The translations under genes were made by a program, and so were the position numbers. The notes under the pieces were generated by a model that was given only the letters and a program-made list of their open reading frames with translations, ran no database searches and had not been told where the DNA came from. DNA of 64,000 bases from Gekko japonicus (lineage: Eukaryota): NCBI RefSeq assembly GCF_001447785.1, contig NW_015159726.1:211988-275987 (forward strand), written 5' to 3'. Shown here piece by piece: positions 11,570-22,175 of the stretch; the stretch's first letter is position 1; every line of letters begins with the position of its first letter.

Positions 11570-13354
11570 TGCCATGGAGTCCGCCTTCCAGAGTAGCCAT
11601 TTTCTCCAGTGAACTGATCTCTGTTGCCTGGAGATCAGTTGTAATCTCAGGAGATCTCTAGCTACTACCTGGAGGCTGGGAACGCTACCAAGTACTACTC
11701 CCAAATCTCCAAGGATTTCCCAAGCTGATGCTGGCAAATGTGGTCTTCGTGGAGGGGGAATTTGATCAAAGGAAGGGTGGAACCCCACACAGCTTGTTCT
11801 TGTCTTCTTAACTATAGCTAAGCCAGGAAGCCACTGCTACCAATAGAAACTTTGTAGGGAAACCTGCCATTTTTTCTGGTGAGTCACCGGGATGCTTTTC
11901 CTGACTCATTTTCCTTGTTCACACCTATCCCAAATAGTACCAAGTTAATCTTTGCCTGTAGGCCCCACAAGTATTTCACATTTGCTACTGTAATCTTGCC
12001 CAGGGATGAGGCAGGTTCAATGTCTGTATGTACCTCTATTCAGTGAAGAATTACTTTCCTTTCATACCTTAGCTTTCCAGTCTCACTTCAACACCTCAGT
12101 ATTAAATAGAGGTATCTAAATTCTAACAGACAGGATTTTAAAAGCCCTTTTTTAAAAAAAATGCACGTTTGCGTATGTGATGGAAACTCATTTATCTAGT
12201 CAGCCCACATACTTGCAGTTTTCTCAAGTGAATACTACCAATTCTAAAATTATCTGCTCCAAGCCTTTGGATAAGTCTCTGATGAGGAAACCTTATATTT
12301 TAATGGAATTAAGCATTGTTCCACTTTTTTTTTTTTTTGGTTTTCATTTTACTCTAAAATTGTAATTATGTTTTAAGCCTCACACTTGGCAGACCACTTC
12401 CTTCATGTACAAAACAGACATTGTTTAAACAGTCCATTGGAAATTAGCGTCAGTAAATGTGATCTATCATTTTCAGCTGGAGCAGCTCAAGGGAATCAGT
12501 TTACAACACGCCAACTTAGAACTGCCTACTCTGCTCTTTTCAGCTGCTCTCAAGCCAACACCAGAAATAGACGCCTATCAGTCAACAAGATGTCAAACAG
12601 GTCTCAAACGGGCCCTCTTAGAACTCCAGAAATTGTTTCTTAATTTCTACTCCACCTTTGCTGGAATAGAACAGCCACCATAATTAAGATCCTCCTACAT
12701 ATCTGGATTGATAACTGCACAATGGGGTATCAAAACCAAACAGGGCTCAATCTTGTGGATATGTCCCACTAACAGCCGTACTTCCCTCTTGCGCAAGGAG
12801 CCTTTCTTTGACACAGAAGGCAATGCAACCCACACTATCATATCATACTCCATTTGTTTCTCCCTAACAAGACACTTGTATTGTACACCCTGTATAAAAG
12901 GGGAGTCTTTGGCTATGTTTGCACTGGAAGCTGTAAAGCATAAGCAGAAGGGTAGACAGGGAAGGAAAAGTAGGATATAACGTGGTTTCCTGTGCCAGTT
13001 TTGCACCTTCACACACATCTGAGGATGCATTAATCTGCTACATGGATTCAGAGCGGCTGCACACACAGTACAGTACATCTTAGGCTTCTCAATATGTGCA
13101 AGTGTCGTGCGAACTGGGGCCAATCTTACATACTGACTTCAATTAAGACAGAATGGAATGGAAAACAAGATGGGCATCTCCTACACAGTACTGACTGTGT
13201 TGGGTACCAGTGAAGCCGCCACAAAATTCTTTGCAATGCCACAGAGAGCATAACTCCTCCTCTAAACCTATCTGATAATACCATGCAGTCACATGACACA
13301 GCAAAATGCCTTCACCCAGCCCTTGAGACAAAGGTCTCTATGACACTGGCCCTG

Positions 13355-13752
13355 GTGGCCAGTGAGCGCAATGTCGAGTGATGAAATCCGGCGGAGACGG
13401 AGTCGTAAAAGGCGCGGTGACGTGGCGGCGCAGGCGCGGCGGAGCCGGAAATGGACGTTAGCCGGAGCTGACACGAACCACGCACCAAGACGGGCTCGCC
13501 AGAGGAAGCCACCGGACTGGAAGACCTACTCCAGGACACCAGAGACTAAAACGCCGACACCCGAAGGCCGCCTGGAAGTAGGAGCCGAGAACAGCAAGCC
13601 CTGTCACCTGGGTGCCGGTAGGCAGCCCCGTCCCTTGTATATGTGACCTTAGATAGGAAAAATTGGAGATTGGAATTTGTATGTAAACCGCTCAGAGACC
13701 CTTCGGGGTTAGAGCGGTATATAAATCGAATGTATAAATAAATAAATAAATA
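13355..13752 (+). mobile_element. 5'-truncated GC-rich retroposon with L2-type tail
   Basis: TGTAAACCGCTC...GAGCGGTATATAAAT stem-loop plus (TAAA)n; homologous to 59017-59610. Confidence 0.75.
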
Positions 13753-13901
13753 TCAGCTGGCTGGAGAGGGACAGGAGAAAGTAGACGTAAGAAGTGTCAT
13801 GTACTAATATACCCCAATGATTCATTAGTAATCAGGGATGCCCACCACATTATAATAGTAGCATATTATTATTGCTAAAGTAAAACAGATACATCTGCCA
13901 T

Positions 13902-14029
13902 NNNNNNNNNNNNNNNNNNNNNNNNNNNNNNNNNNNNNNNNNNNNNNNNNNNNNNNNNNNNNNNNNNNNNNNNNNNNNNNNNNNNNNNNNNNNNNNNNNN
14001 NNNNNNNNNNNNNNNNNNNNNNNNNNNNN
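13902..14029. other. assembly gap
   Basis: N run. Confidence 1.
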
Positions 14030-14378
14030 TCAGAGCATCTATCAAATTCCTATCCACCATCATGAACTCTGTAATCTTTTGTTAAGTACAAACCAAGTTA
14101 ATAATCTCCCATAATGAATGATTACTCAAGTATAAGTGAAAAATAAATACAAAGCACAATTGTTCTGCTATATGAAGTACTGATTATATTTGCCTGAACA
14201 TGTTTCTGCAAATCCAGCTTTCCCAAGGTTCACGTCCTCGATCTGATGCTAGGAGGTGTTCTCAGTTAAATATTACTGTAATATATTTTAAGTATCAGGT
14301 TGTAGATTTAGTAAGAACACCACAGAAAATTAAAAAAACTCATTTCAGTGAGCACTTCTGAGGATGCTAATGAGTATC

Positions 14379-14452
14379 ATCCTAAGCAAAATTACACCCT
14401 TCTAAGCCCACTGCCTTCAATGGATTTAGAAGGGCATAATTCTGTTTAGGAT
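14379..14452. repeat. ~75-bp palindromic (hairpin) element
   Basis: ATCCTAAGCAAAATTACACCCTTCTAAG...TTAGAAGGGCATAATTCTGTTTAGGAT inverted arms. Confidence 0.75.
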
Positions 14453-14781
14453 TGCACTGTATAATAGTTAAAACCACTTGCCAAGATACAACTATTATCT
14501 CCACATGTCAGATTAATACGTTCCATGTATTAATAATACTGATTGTATTAATAACACTCAGTGTAATAACACTCAGGACAATGGAATCCCAAGGGCTTAA
14601 CAGAGATATTGGGTTCTTATCTCAGTACACATGCTAAATCACTCAGTTTACACTTATACCCAGAAATTAACTTTGTTAGTCTTAAAGGTGCCACTGAACT
14701 CAAACTTAGTTCTCACATCTGTTGTTAACTCCTTTATTATCTGCTCTTCACAGGTCTTACCAAATGCATTGTTCCAATCTT

Positions 14782-14877
14782 TGTTGTTGTTGTTCAGTCG
14801 CACAGTCGAGTCCGACTCTTTGCGACCCCATGGACCAGATCACGCCAGGCCTTCCTGTCTTCCGCCGTCCTCTGAAG
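14782..14877 (-). mobile_element. 5'-truncated BovB (RTE) LINE end
   Basis: (CAA)n tail; nearly identical to the 3' end at 62165+; 13-bp TSD TTGTTCCAATCTT. Confidence 0.9.
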
Positions 14878-15227
14878 TTGTTCCAATCTTAGCTGTATTT
14901 ATTGATCAGCTACTTATGCATCTTGACTCTAATTAGCCTTTCCTGGCAACTACCCCCTCTCTACCAATATGTAATGCTTGAGGAAATCTGTTTCAATTTA
15001 TTGAAGGAGTGTACATCTATACATGCTAAGTCTTTCAAGTTCTCACCTATACCCAGAATTGAATTTTGTTGGTCTTGGAGATACCACTGGACTCAAACTT
15101 TATTCTCACATCTGTTTGTTAACTCTTGTATTTATATGCTAATTTACTGCTATTCACAGCTCTTACCAACCTCCTTACTCCTTCTCAACTATAATCACCC
15201 AGTTACTTATGCATCTTCAGTCTAACT

Positions 15228-15669
15228 CAGGGGTGTCAAACTCATTTGCTATGAGGGCCGGATCTGACATAAATGAGATCTTGTTGGGCCGGGGCATGAG
15301 TGTCATGAAATGTAATGCCAGGTAGTGGAGATATAAACTTCATAAAGGACACAAACACAAAGGTTTTTTTTTACTTAAAATAAAAAACATGCTTAAAACA
15401 TTAGCACTCTTGCAATATTTTGTTTATTTAACAGTGTCTGATAACTGACACCTCTTGCTCTGAATTACTGCCTCAAAATGTCTGTGCTGTTGCAATCCTG
15501 AGTATGCTGTTCAGGTGTGTATCTGTAAGCTGCAAACCTACAATGATGCAGCAGAACTGGAAGAAGAAGCAGAAGACAGCCAGTTCCACTGCGGGCCTGA
15601 TAGAAGCCCTCGGGGGGGGGGGGGGGGGGGCGCTGATCTGGCCCCCGGGCCGCCTGTTTGACACCCCTG
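15228..15669. mobile_element. hAT-Charlie-like MITE
   Basis: TIR CAGGGGTGTCAAAC/GTTTGACACCCCTG; TSD GTCTAACT/GCCTAACT; inverted twin at 36478. Confidence 0.9.
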
Positions 15670-15752
15670 GCCTAACTAGCCTTTCCTGGCAACAAATCCC
15701 CACCCACCCTCTCTCTACCCATATGTAATGGTTGAGGAAGTTTTGTTTCACT

Positions 15753-15790
15753 GTATCTGAAGAAGTGTGCTTGCACACAAAAGCTTATAC
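15753..15790 (+). ncRNA. minimal type-I hammerhead ribozyme motif (PLE-derived, G12 mutated)
   Basis: GTAT-CTGAAGA-A-GTGTGC-TT-GCACAC-AAAA-GCTT-ATAC. Confidence 0.7.
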
Positions 15791-16372
15791 CTTGAATAAA
15801 ACTTTGTTGGTGCCACTGGACTCAAACGTTATTCTGCTGCTTCAGACCAACACAGCTACCCACCTGAATCTATTAAACACAGTTGGACTTCAGAGTAAAT
15901 ATGCATAGTTGTACATCAACAGGACTCAAAAGAGAAGTTTTGACATTTTCCATGAGTAACAGAGGGAAAACAAACTCCATAACCCCCCTGCCCATTAATG
16001 ACAGAACTACACCATTTATCTGATGCTACAAGAAATGGAGAGGGGAGATATCAAAAGCCAAATTCTTATGAACCTGCAGGCCCCACTGGATTATCCAGTA
16101 GCACAAGCACTGTGTTCAGTACCTCTAACATACATTCCATGCTCGTCCTCTGGTGCATACTGTCATTTTGCTAACTTTATACATTTATACAATATTGTTT
16201 TAAAAAACAGCCTTGCAAAGAATCATCAAACTTGTCAATAATTTATTTCCCATTTTCCCCAAGTTTAGCCTCTTCAAGCTAGCCCTTTTAATGGTAATCT
16301 TCTTTTGGACTTGCAAATGAGACAAGAAAATAACATGAGTCCATTATAGACAAAAGCAAGTTTTGAATTAAC

Positions 16373-16850
16373 CAAGTCAAGTCAAGTCAAGTCAAGTCAA
16401 GTCAGCCTTTATTGGCATAAATTATCAGTACCATTTATACATTTAAAACCAGTTAAAACTCATATATACAATTCTAGAAGAACCTTTGGCGCAGCTTTAA
16501 AGCCAAGCAGAGAAACTTAGCCACCTTCTCTGTGATGTCCGGACTGAAATCTCTTAAAAGTCTATTCACCTTAAGTGCATCAGAGCAAGCACCCATGCTG
16601 CTTAAAAGAGAGTGTAAGTGATCCTTAGGTCCATATACAAATTGCAGTGCAGGAGAACATGAGTGATAGATTCCACACATTTCGATCTGCAAGGGCAGTA
16701 TCTGGCCAGATGAGAAACCTTGTTAAATCTGCCAAATAAAATGGCGGACGGCATAGCATTACATCTGGCCAGGGTGAACGCTCTACGTTGTTCAGGGACC
16801 TGAAGAGAGGATAGATACGAGGCCATCAGCCCTGTTGTAAGGGGAATAAT
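16373..16850 (-). mobile_element. RTE-X-like LINE 3' end
   Basis: RRAFTLARCN..YCPC..ESITHVLLHC zinc-knuckle C-terminus, AATAAA and (TTGAC)n tail. Confidence 0.65.
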
Positions 16851-17160
16851 TAACCAAGGTCCCATTCACACGAGGGGATTTGGGCCAGAAGCAGGACAGT
16901 TCGGGGGCGGATCAAACCGGCGCGATCACACCACAACATCTGGGAAGCGTGGTGCTTCCGTCCCCGAACTGGCCCATCCACTCGATGATCCGGAGCAAGT
17001 AGGAACCACCTACCGAGGTGGTTCATCTCCCTGCTGCGCCGCAAACCGGGAGTCTGATCGTACAATGTACAATATTGATATACCTTCTGCATTTCAGTCA
17101 CCAGCTTGAGTGAAATGAAACAGGACAACGTGTCTTCAGGAAACTAAACTAAGCTGAAAT

Positions 17161-17412
17161 NNNNNNNNNNNNNNNNNNNNNNNNNNNNNNNNNNNNNNNN
17201 NNNNNNNNNNNNNNNNNNNNNNNNNNNNNNNNNNNNNNNNNNNNNNNNNNNNNNNNNNNNNNNNNNNNNNNNNNNNNNNNNNNNNNNNNNNNNNNNNNNN
17301 NNNNNNNNNNNNNNNNNNNNNNNNNNNNNNNNNNNNNNNNNNNNNNNNNNNNNNNNNNNNNNNNNNNNNNNNNNNNNNNNNNNNNNNNNNNNNNNNNNNN
17401 NNNNNNNNNNNN
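17161..17412. other. assembly gap
   Basis: N run. Confidence 1.
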
Positions 17413-17609
17413 CCTGCTGAAGCTACATGTTTATACCAGCCCTAAATGCAACCAAGGCAATGTACCCCTTCTACTCTGCAAGATCCACCAAGATGACCTT
17501 TAAACACTAATGTAAGATGGGAAAATTACTCAGAATGACCAGGAAGTCAATTTTTTCCTTAGTGCAGAAGAACAAAAAACCTTAGAAGTATTCCAAAAAT
17601 ACCCTAAAT

Positions 17610-17973
17610 CAGGGGTCCCCAAGCTTTTTGAGCCTGTGGGCACTTTTAGAATTTTGAGAGAGAATGGTGAGCGCCACCCCAAAATGGCTGCCACAAGAGG
17701 TAGAGCCAAACCTGAAAGAGCTGGCTCAGGAGGCAGAGCTGAACAGAACTCACACGTTCTGAAAATAAGGAGAGCATGAAGAGGGAATGCAACTATACAC
17801 TGACTAACGAAATCCCAGATGCCTGCCAGTCCTCCTCATCCTCCAGTGGAAAAACCCTTTCATTTGAATGAGGGAAACCAGTAACAAAACCTGCCTCACA
17901 ATGGCCCCACCCACTTTCTGAAAAGCTCAGCCAGGCATCATGGTATCCAAAGGCAACATGTTGAAGAACCCTG
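17610..17973. mobile_element. hAT-Charlie-like MITE
   Basis: CAGGGGTCCCCAA...TTGAAGAACCCTG; TSD CCCTAAAT/CTCTAAAT. Confidence 0.75.
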
Positions 17974-18171
17974 CTCTAAATAGGACACAACATTTAGTAC
18001 TGGCTGCGGCTCCACTGATGGTCTCAAAGTAAAAGCATTACAAAGAAAATAACAAAATTTTGTTGCACTGTTACTTATGCTAAATTTTTCATGCAGGCAA
18101 GAATGAAAAGGTAGCATGTTATAAACTATAAACATTATTCGCAAATGCTAAGAATGGCCTAAACAGTTTGA

Positions 18172-18415
18172 ATAGGGTTGCCAGGTCCCCCCTGGCCACT
18201 GGAAGGGGATGGAGGGTACGGTTGCCAGATCCAGGTTGGGAAATTCCTGGAGATTTGGGGATGGAGCCTGGCGAGCAGAAGGAACTCAGTGGAGTACAAT
18301 GCCAGGGAGTCCACCCTCCAAAGCATCCACTTTCTCCAGGGGAACTGATCTCTGTAGTATGGAGATGAGCTGTAATTCGGGGGATCCTCAAATCCCACTT
18401 GGAGTCTGGCATTCC
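18172..18415. mobile_element. Blackjack-like hAT MITE
   Basis: TAGGGTTGCCAGG start; TTTCTCCAGGGGAACTGATCTCTG core. Confidence 0.7.
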
Positions 18416-18630
18416 TAAATTTGAAACACCTAGTGCTTTCATTCATTAAAAGATAACATAGCTAACAGTTCAAACCCCATGAGTGACAAAATCTACATAA
18501 AATGTGTTCATTAAAACTGTAGCTAACAGTTCAAAACCCATATGAGTTGCAAAATCTGCATAAAATGTGCTTATAAATAAAATAGTAAGGCAAAGGATTG
18601 TGTTCCTTCTGTTTTTAGATAAGGTACACA

Positions 18631-19005
18631 CAGGGGTCATTTCCTGCAGGAGCGCACAGGGGCGGAGCTCAGGCAGTAAGGAAACCAGGGGGCGGGCACG
18701 TGCAACAAGCCCCTCCCCCTGCTCCCAGCAGCCCTAGTCAGGCCACGAGGAGCAAGAAGCAGCCAGGTAAGTTGCAGAGCCCCCCCCCTTCAGGTACAAG
18801 CTCTCCCTCCTCTGTGAGGGCAGATCTGCGTGTTCCCCCCCCCCAATAGCTAGCAATCCAAAACAGTCCAGTGGAGCCTGAGTGGTGGGTGTTGCCTTCT
18901 GACACACTTCCGGTGATGTAAGGGGGTGTGGCATATGCAAATAAGTTATGCTAATGAGATATGCTAATGAGCCCCTGCACCTCTTTTTCTACGAAATGAC
19001 CCCTG
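18631..19005. mobile_element. hAT MITE, CAGGGGTCATTT-TIR family
   Basis: TIRs plus perfect TSD GGTACACA. Confidence 0.9.
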
Positions 19006-19301
19006 GGTACACATATGACTGGAGTCAGAGTATTTTCTGTGTTGGTACCCAAATAGGGGTAATGAATAAACTCAGATGTTGATTGGGGAATACCCTTACT
19101 TGATTTTTCTTTATGTACCACCTTCTCATTCTTCCATTTAGTTCACTGTTTTAGTGTTCCTTGTTTCTTTCTTAGTGCATGTGGTGATTTTAAATTGTTT
19201 TAATGAGGTTTTCATGCTATTTATGTACTTGATGGGTTTAAGCCACCTCAGAAAGTTAAAAGTGGCATGGGATGAAAGGGGGAAGCATTCCCTGCTCGTT
19301 C

Positions 19302-19304
<3 letters not shown>

Positions 19305-19386
<82 letters not shown>
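19305..19386. repeat. compound (TG)n(AG)n microsatellite
   Basis: Direct reading. Confidence 0.95.
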
Positions 19387-19388
<2 letters not shown>

Positions 19389-19595
19389 TTCTTCTAAGAT
19401 GATGCCCACCCCTAGAAAAAACTTGGATTTAAAATAATTTTGCTGCCTGATTAAGTGGGCCAGATCCCTCACACTCTGCTAACTCAGGACTTTCCTCCAG
19501 AGTGAAAGAGCCGTTTAAAGGATCCATCCCAGCATTTTTAAACCATTAACCAATTAAAATTGCAGTTAAGCGATCAACTGTGAAATATACTCAGA

Positions 19596-20536
19596 CTAGG
19601 AAAAAGGCCCGTTGTGGAAATAAATACAACGGCCTCTAGAAAGAGGCTCTGGGCGGGTGCCCCGGCCTTGGACACTCAGTGTCAATTTGCTGTGGCGACC
19701 TCAGCAGGGTATAATGACACTGAGTCCACCATTTTCTCCAGAGGAACTGATCTCTGCTACCTAAAGAACAGTTGTAATTTTGAGTGATCTCCAGCCCTCA
19801 CCTGGAGATTGGCAACGATGGTTCCCCAGAAGGGAATAGTTGGTTTGGAGGGTGGAGTCTATGGCTTTGTACCTGTCTGAGGTCCCACGCCTCCTGAAAC
19901 CTCACCCTCTCAGGCTCCATCCCTCACATCTCCAGGAGTTTCCCACCTGGAGTTGGCAACCCTATCTCCTTCCCAGCCAATCATCAACCTACCTTTATTT
20001 CCCCCTCACTCTTCAGCTTTCCACCCCCCCACACACCTGCAGCCTCTCCTGTGCTCTGAAGCCCTGACTGCTACGTCACATTGGCTGTCATACGGGGGCC
20101 ACCTCAGCAGCATATAAGGATACAGAGCCCACCATTTTCTCCAGGGGAACTGATCTCTGCCATCTGGAAAGCAGTTGTAATTCTGAGTGATCTCCAGGCC
20201 TCACCTGGAGATTGGACACATTTTACCTCAGAACAGCAAAACTGTTTAGAATGTTAGAGGAAAAAGCCAATCAAGTCGCATATGCAAACGACCTCTGTGT
20301 TCCGAGGCAAAGGCCAATGAGGCTGCATATGCAAATAACCTCTGTGTTCTGACTGGCTATGGGGGGGGGGGAGAGGAACAGCAAAATGTTTAGAATGTTG
20401 AAGGCAGGACTTAGGCAACGCAGCCAGTGGATAGGGAGACCCTCTGAATGACAGATCAGAGAGCGAACTGATTTTGGAGCGTGTGGAATGTTCTAGAGAA
20501 GTGCCACCACCATTTGGCTTTTATTTATAAGGGAGA
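19596..20536 (-). mobile_element. non-autonomous Helitron
   Basis: 5' TC(TCCCTTATAAATAAAAGCC), 3' hairpin GGCCGTTGT..ACAACGGGCC then CTAG, inserted between A and T, no TSD. Confidence 0.8.
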
Positions 20537-21552
20537 TTCTTTTTCAGTAAAGTTTTCTTTTCCTTCACACTTTATATATCATAACTTTTAAAAATGGGGT
20601 AAGATAGAGGAGCAGGAGACACAAAAACCTACTGAATAAAGAGCTTTCCATAAGCCACAGTGCTGTCTATATATTAAAATAATATATGAACATCGTGCAG
20701 TGAACATGCTTAACTGTAGACAAGGCATATTCTGCTGTATGCCAATGATATAGGAAGGGCTATATGCATTCACCATACACACATACACAAAATCACATTG
20801 TGTAAGTATAAAAACGGATGCCAGGTTTATAAATTGCTAATTTGCTGAGTTACCTGAGGCAAGATTACTTACCAGGCAGGAAAACGTTTCTAAACTGGGA
20901 AACAGAGGGTTCTTGTTCTCCGTTCCAAAATGGCCATGTACTAAAATCAACTGAACATTGATCTGTATAGGTAGGTGAGCTAGTAAAGGTTCTTCCTGGG
21001 CTAGTAAGTTTCCTAGACTTGTATGCCAGGCTGCTGAGGAAGAACACATCATCTCAGGTTCCTTAAACAAGCCAAAACCTCACAAATGTCTAGCTCTTAA
21101 AACTGAAAATAGCTTTGAAGACATATAGCTGATGCTGGATAAACTTGCAGAAGCCAAACAGAGGGGCCAAGCAGAGGATCAGCTTCAAATGCCTTGCTTA
21201 ACTCTATTTCCATGATGGGTAAAAGCAGAATACATCTGTTTAAAATAAACATATAGTTGTTTAATTTACATAAGATTTGAGCTTACAAATTCAGCATTCC
21301 TTCATGCATAGTTTGGTTTGCCATGGTATATAGAGCACAGACCTATATTAATAGGGTATACATAGTCCTGACCGTGGGCATTATTTCTACAGGAATACAC
21401 GTAAAGCTGCTTTAGAATGAGTCAGACCATGGATCTCTTAAGGCCAGTATTGTCTACTGTGATGGCCAGCAGTTCACCAGGATCTCGGGCAGAGGTCTTT
21501 CACATCACCGGAGATTGCACGCAAAGCAGGAGCTCTGCTATGGAGCAATGGC

Positions 21553-21895
21553 TAGGGTTGCCAGCTATGGGCTGCCAACCAGTGGGAGAGAGGAATGACA
21601 TTGCACCAACAGCACAGCATCATTTCTGGCGAATATCAAGAAGCGACATCACATTACTGACATGGTGCCAGTGCGGTGCTTTAGGATATGCCAGAACTCT
21701 ATGTTAAAACCAAAGAGTTTTGTTCAAATCCCGAAGCATCATGTCAGCATCATGTCATTGATGTGATGTCACTGTGGGGTATTTGCTGGAAGTGACGCTC
21801 TGCTGTTGGCACAATGCTGCTTTTCCAGCAGCTTTGTCCTCCTGCCAGCCCACCAAGTGGTAGCAGACAGAGAAAAGGGAGATGTGGGCTCCCTA
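21553..21895. mobile_element. palindromic Blackjack-like hAT MITE
   Basis: TAGGGTTGCCA start; central AACTCTATG..AGAGTT palindrome shared with 24313 copy. Confidence 0.6.
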
Positions 21896-21979
21896 GCCAT
21901 GGCCCCTCCCCAACATGCAGAAGTTAAACATACAGCTCTTGGTCAAAAATCAGTGGGTGTAGCGTATCCTGCCCTGTCG

Positions 21980-22175
21980 CAGATGGCTCAGGCTAGCCCA
22001 ATCTTGTCAGATCTTGGAAGCTGAGCAGGGTCAGCCCTGGCTAGTATTTGAATGGGAAACCTCCAAGGAATACCAGTATCCTAATGTGGAGGCAGGCCAG
22101 TGGCAACATCTCTGAACATCTCTTGCCTTGAAAACCCTACAGGGTTGCCATACATCAGCTGTGATTTTCTGGCAA
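21980..22175 (+). mobile_element. 5S rRNA-headed SINE
   Basis: ATCTTGTCAGATCTTGGAAGCTGAGCAGGGTCAGCCCTGGCTAGTATTTGAATGGGAAACC resembles 5S rRNA; non-5S tail follows. Confidence 0.8.

Larger units (their letters stand above)
14540..15871 (+). mobile_element. Penelope-like element end with tandem pLTR units
   Basis: ITLRTMESQGLNRDIGFLSQY GIY-YIG tail, then three CTTATACC..TTTGTT.G..CCACTG.ACTCAAAC units. Confidence 0.75.

Noticed and set aside
12695-13123. ORF containing HIEK, like the start of the next WWTR1 exon
   Set aside because: Lacks the following ITTWQDPR and a suitable acceptor; chance match
21980-22080. 5S rRNA gene
   Set aside because: Diverged, lacks proper 5S ends and continues into a SINE tail; same for copies near 6450 and 24230
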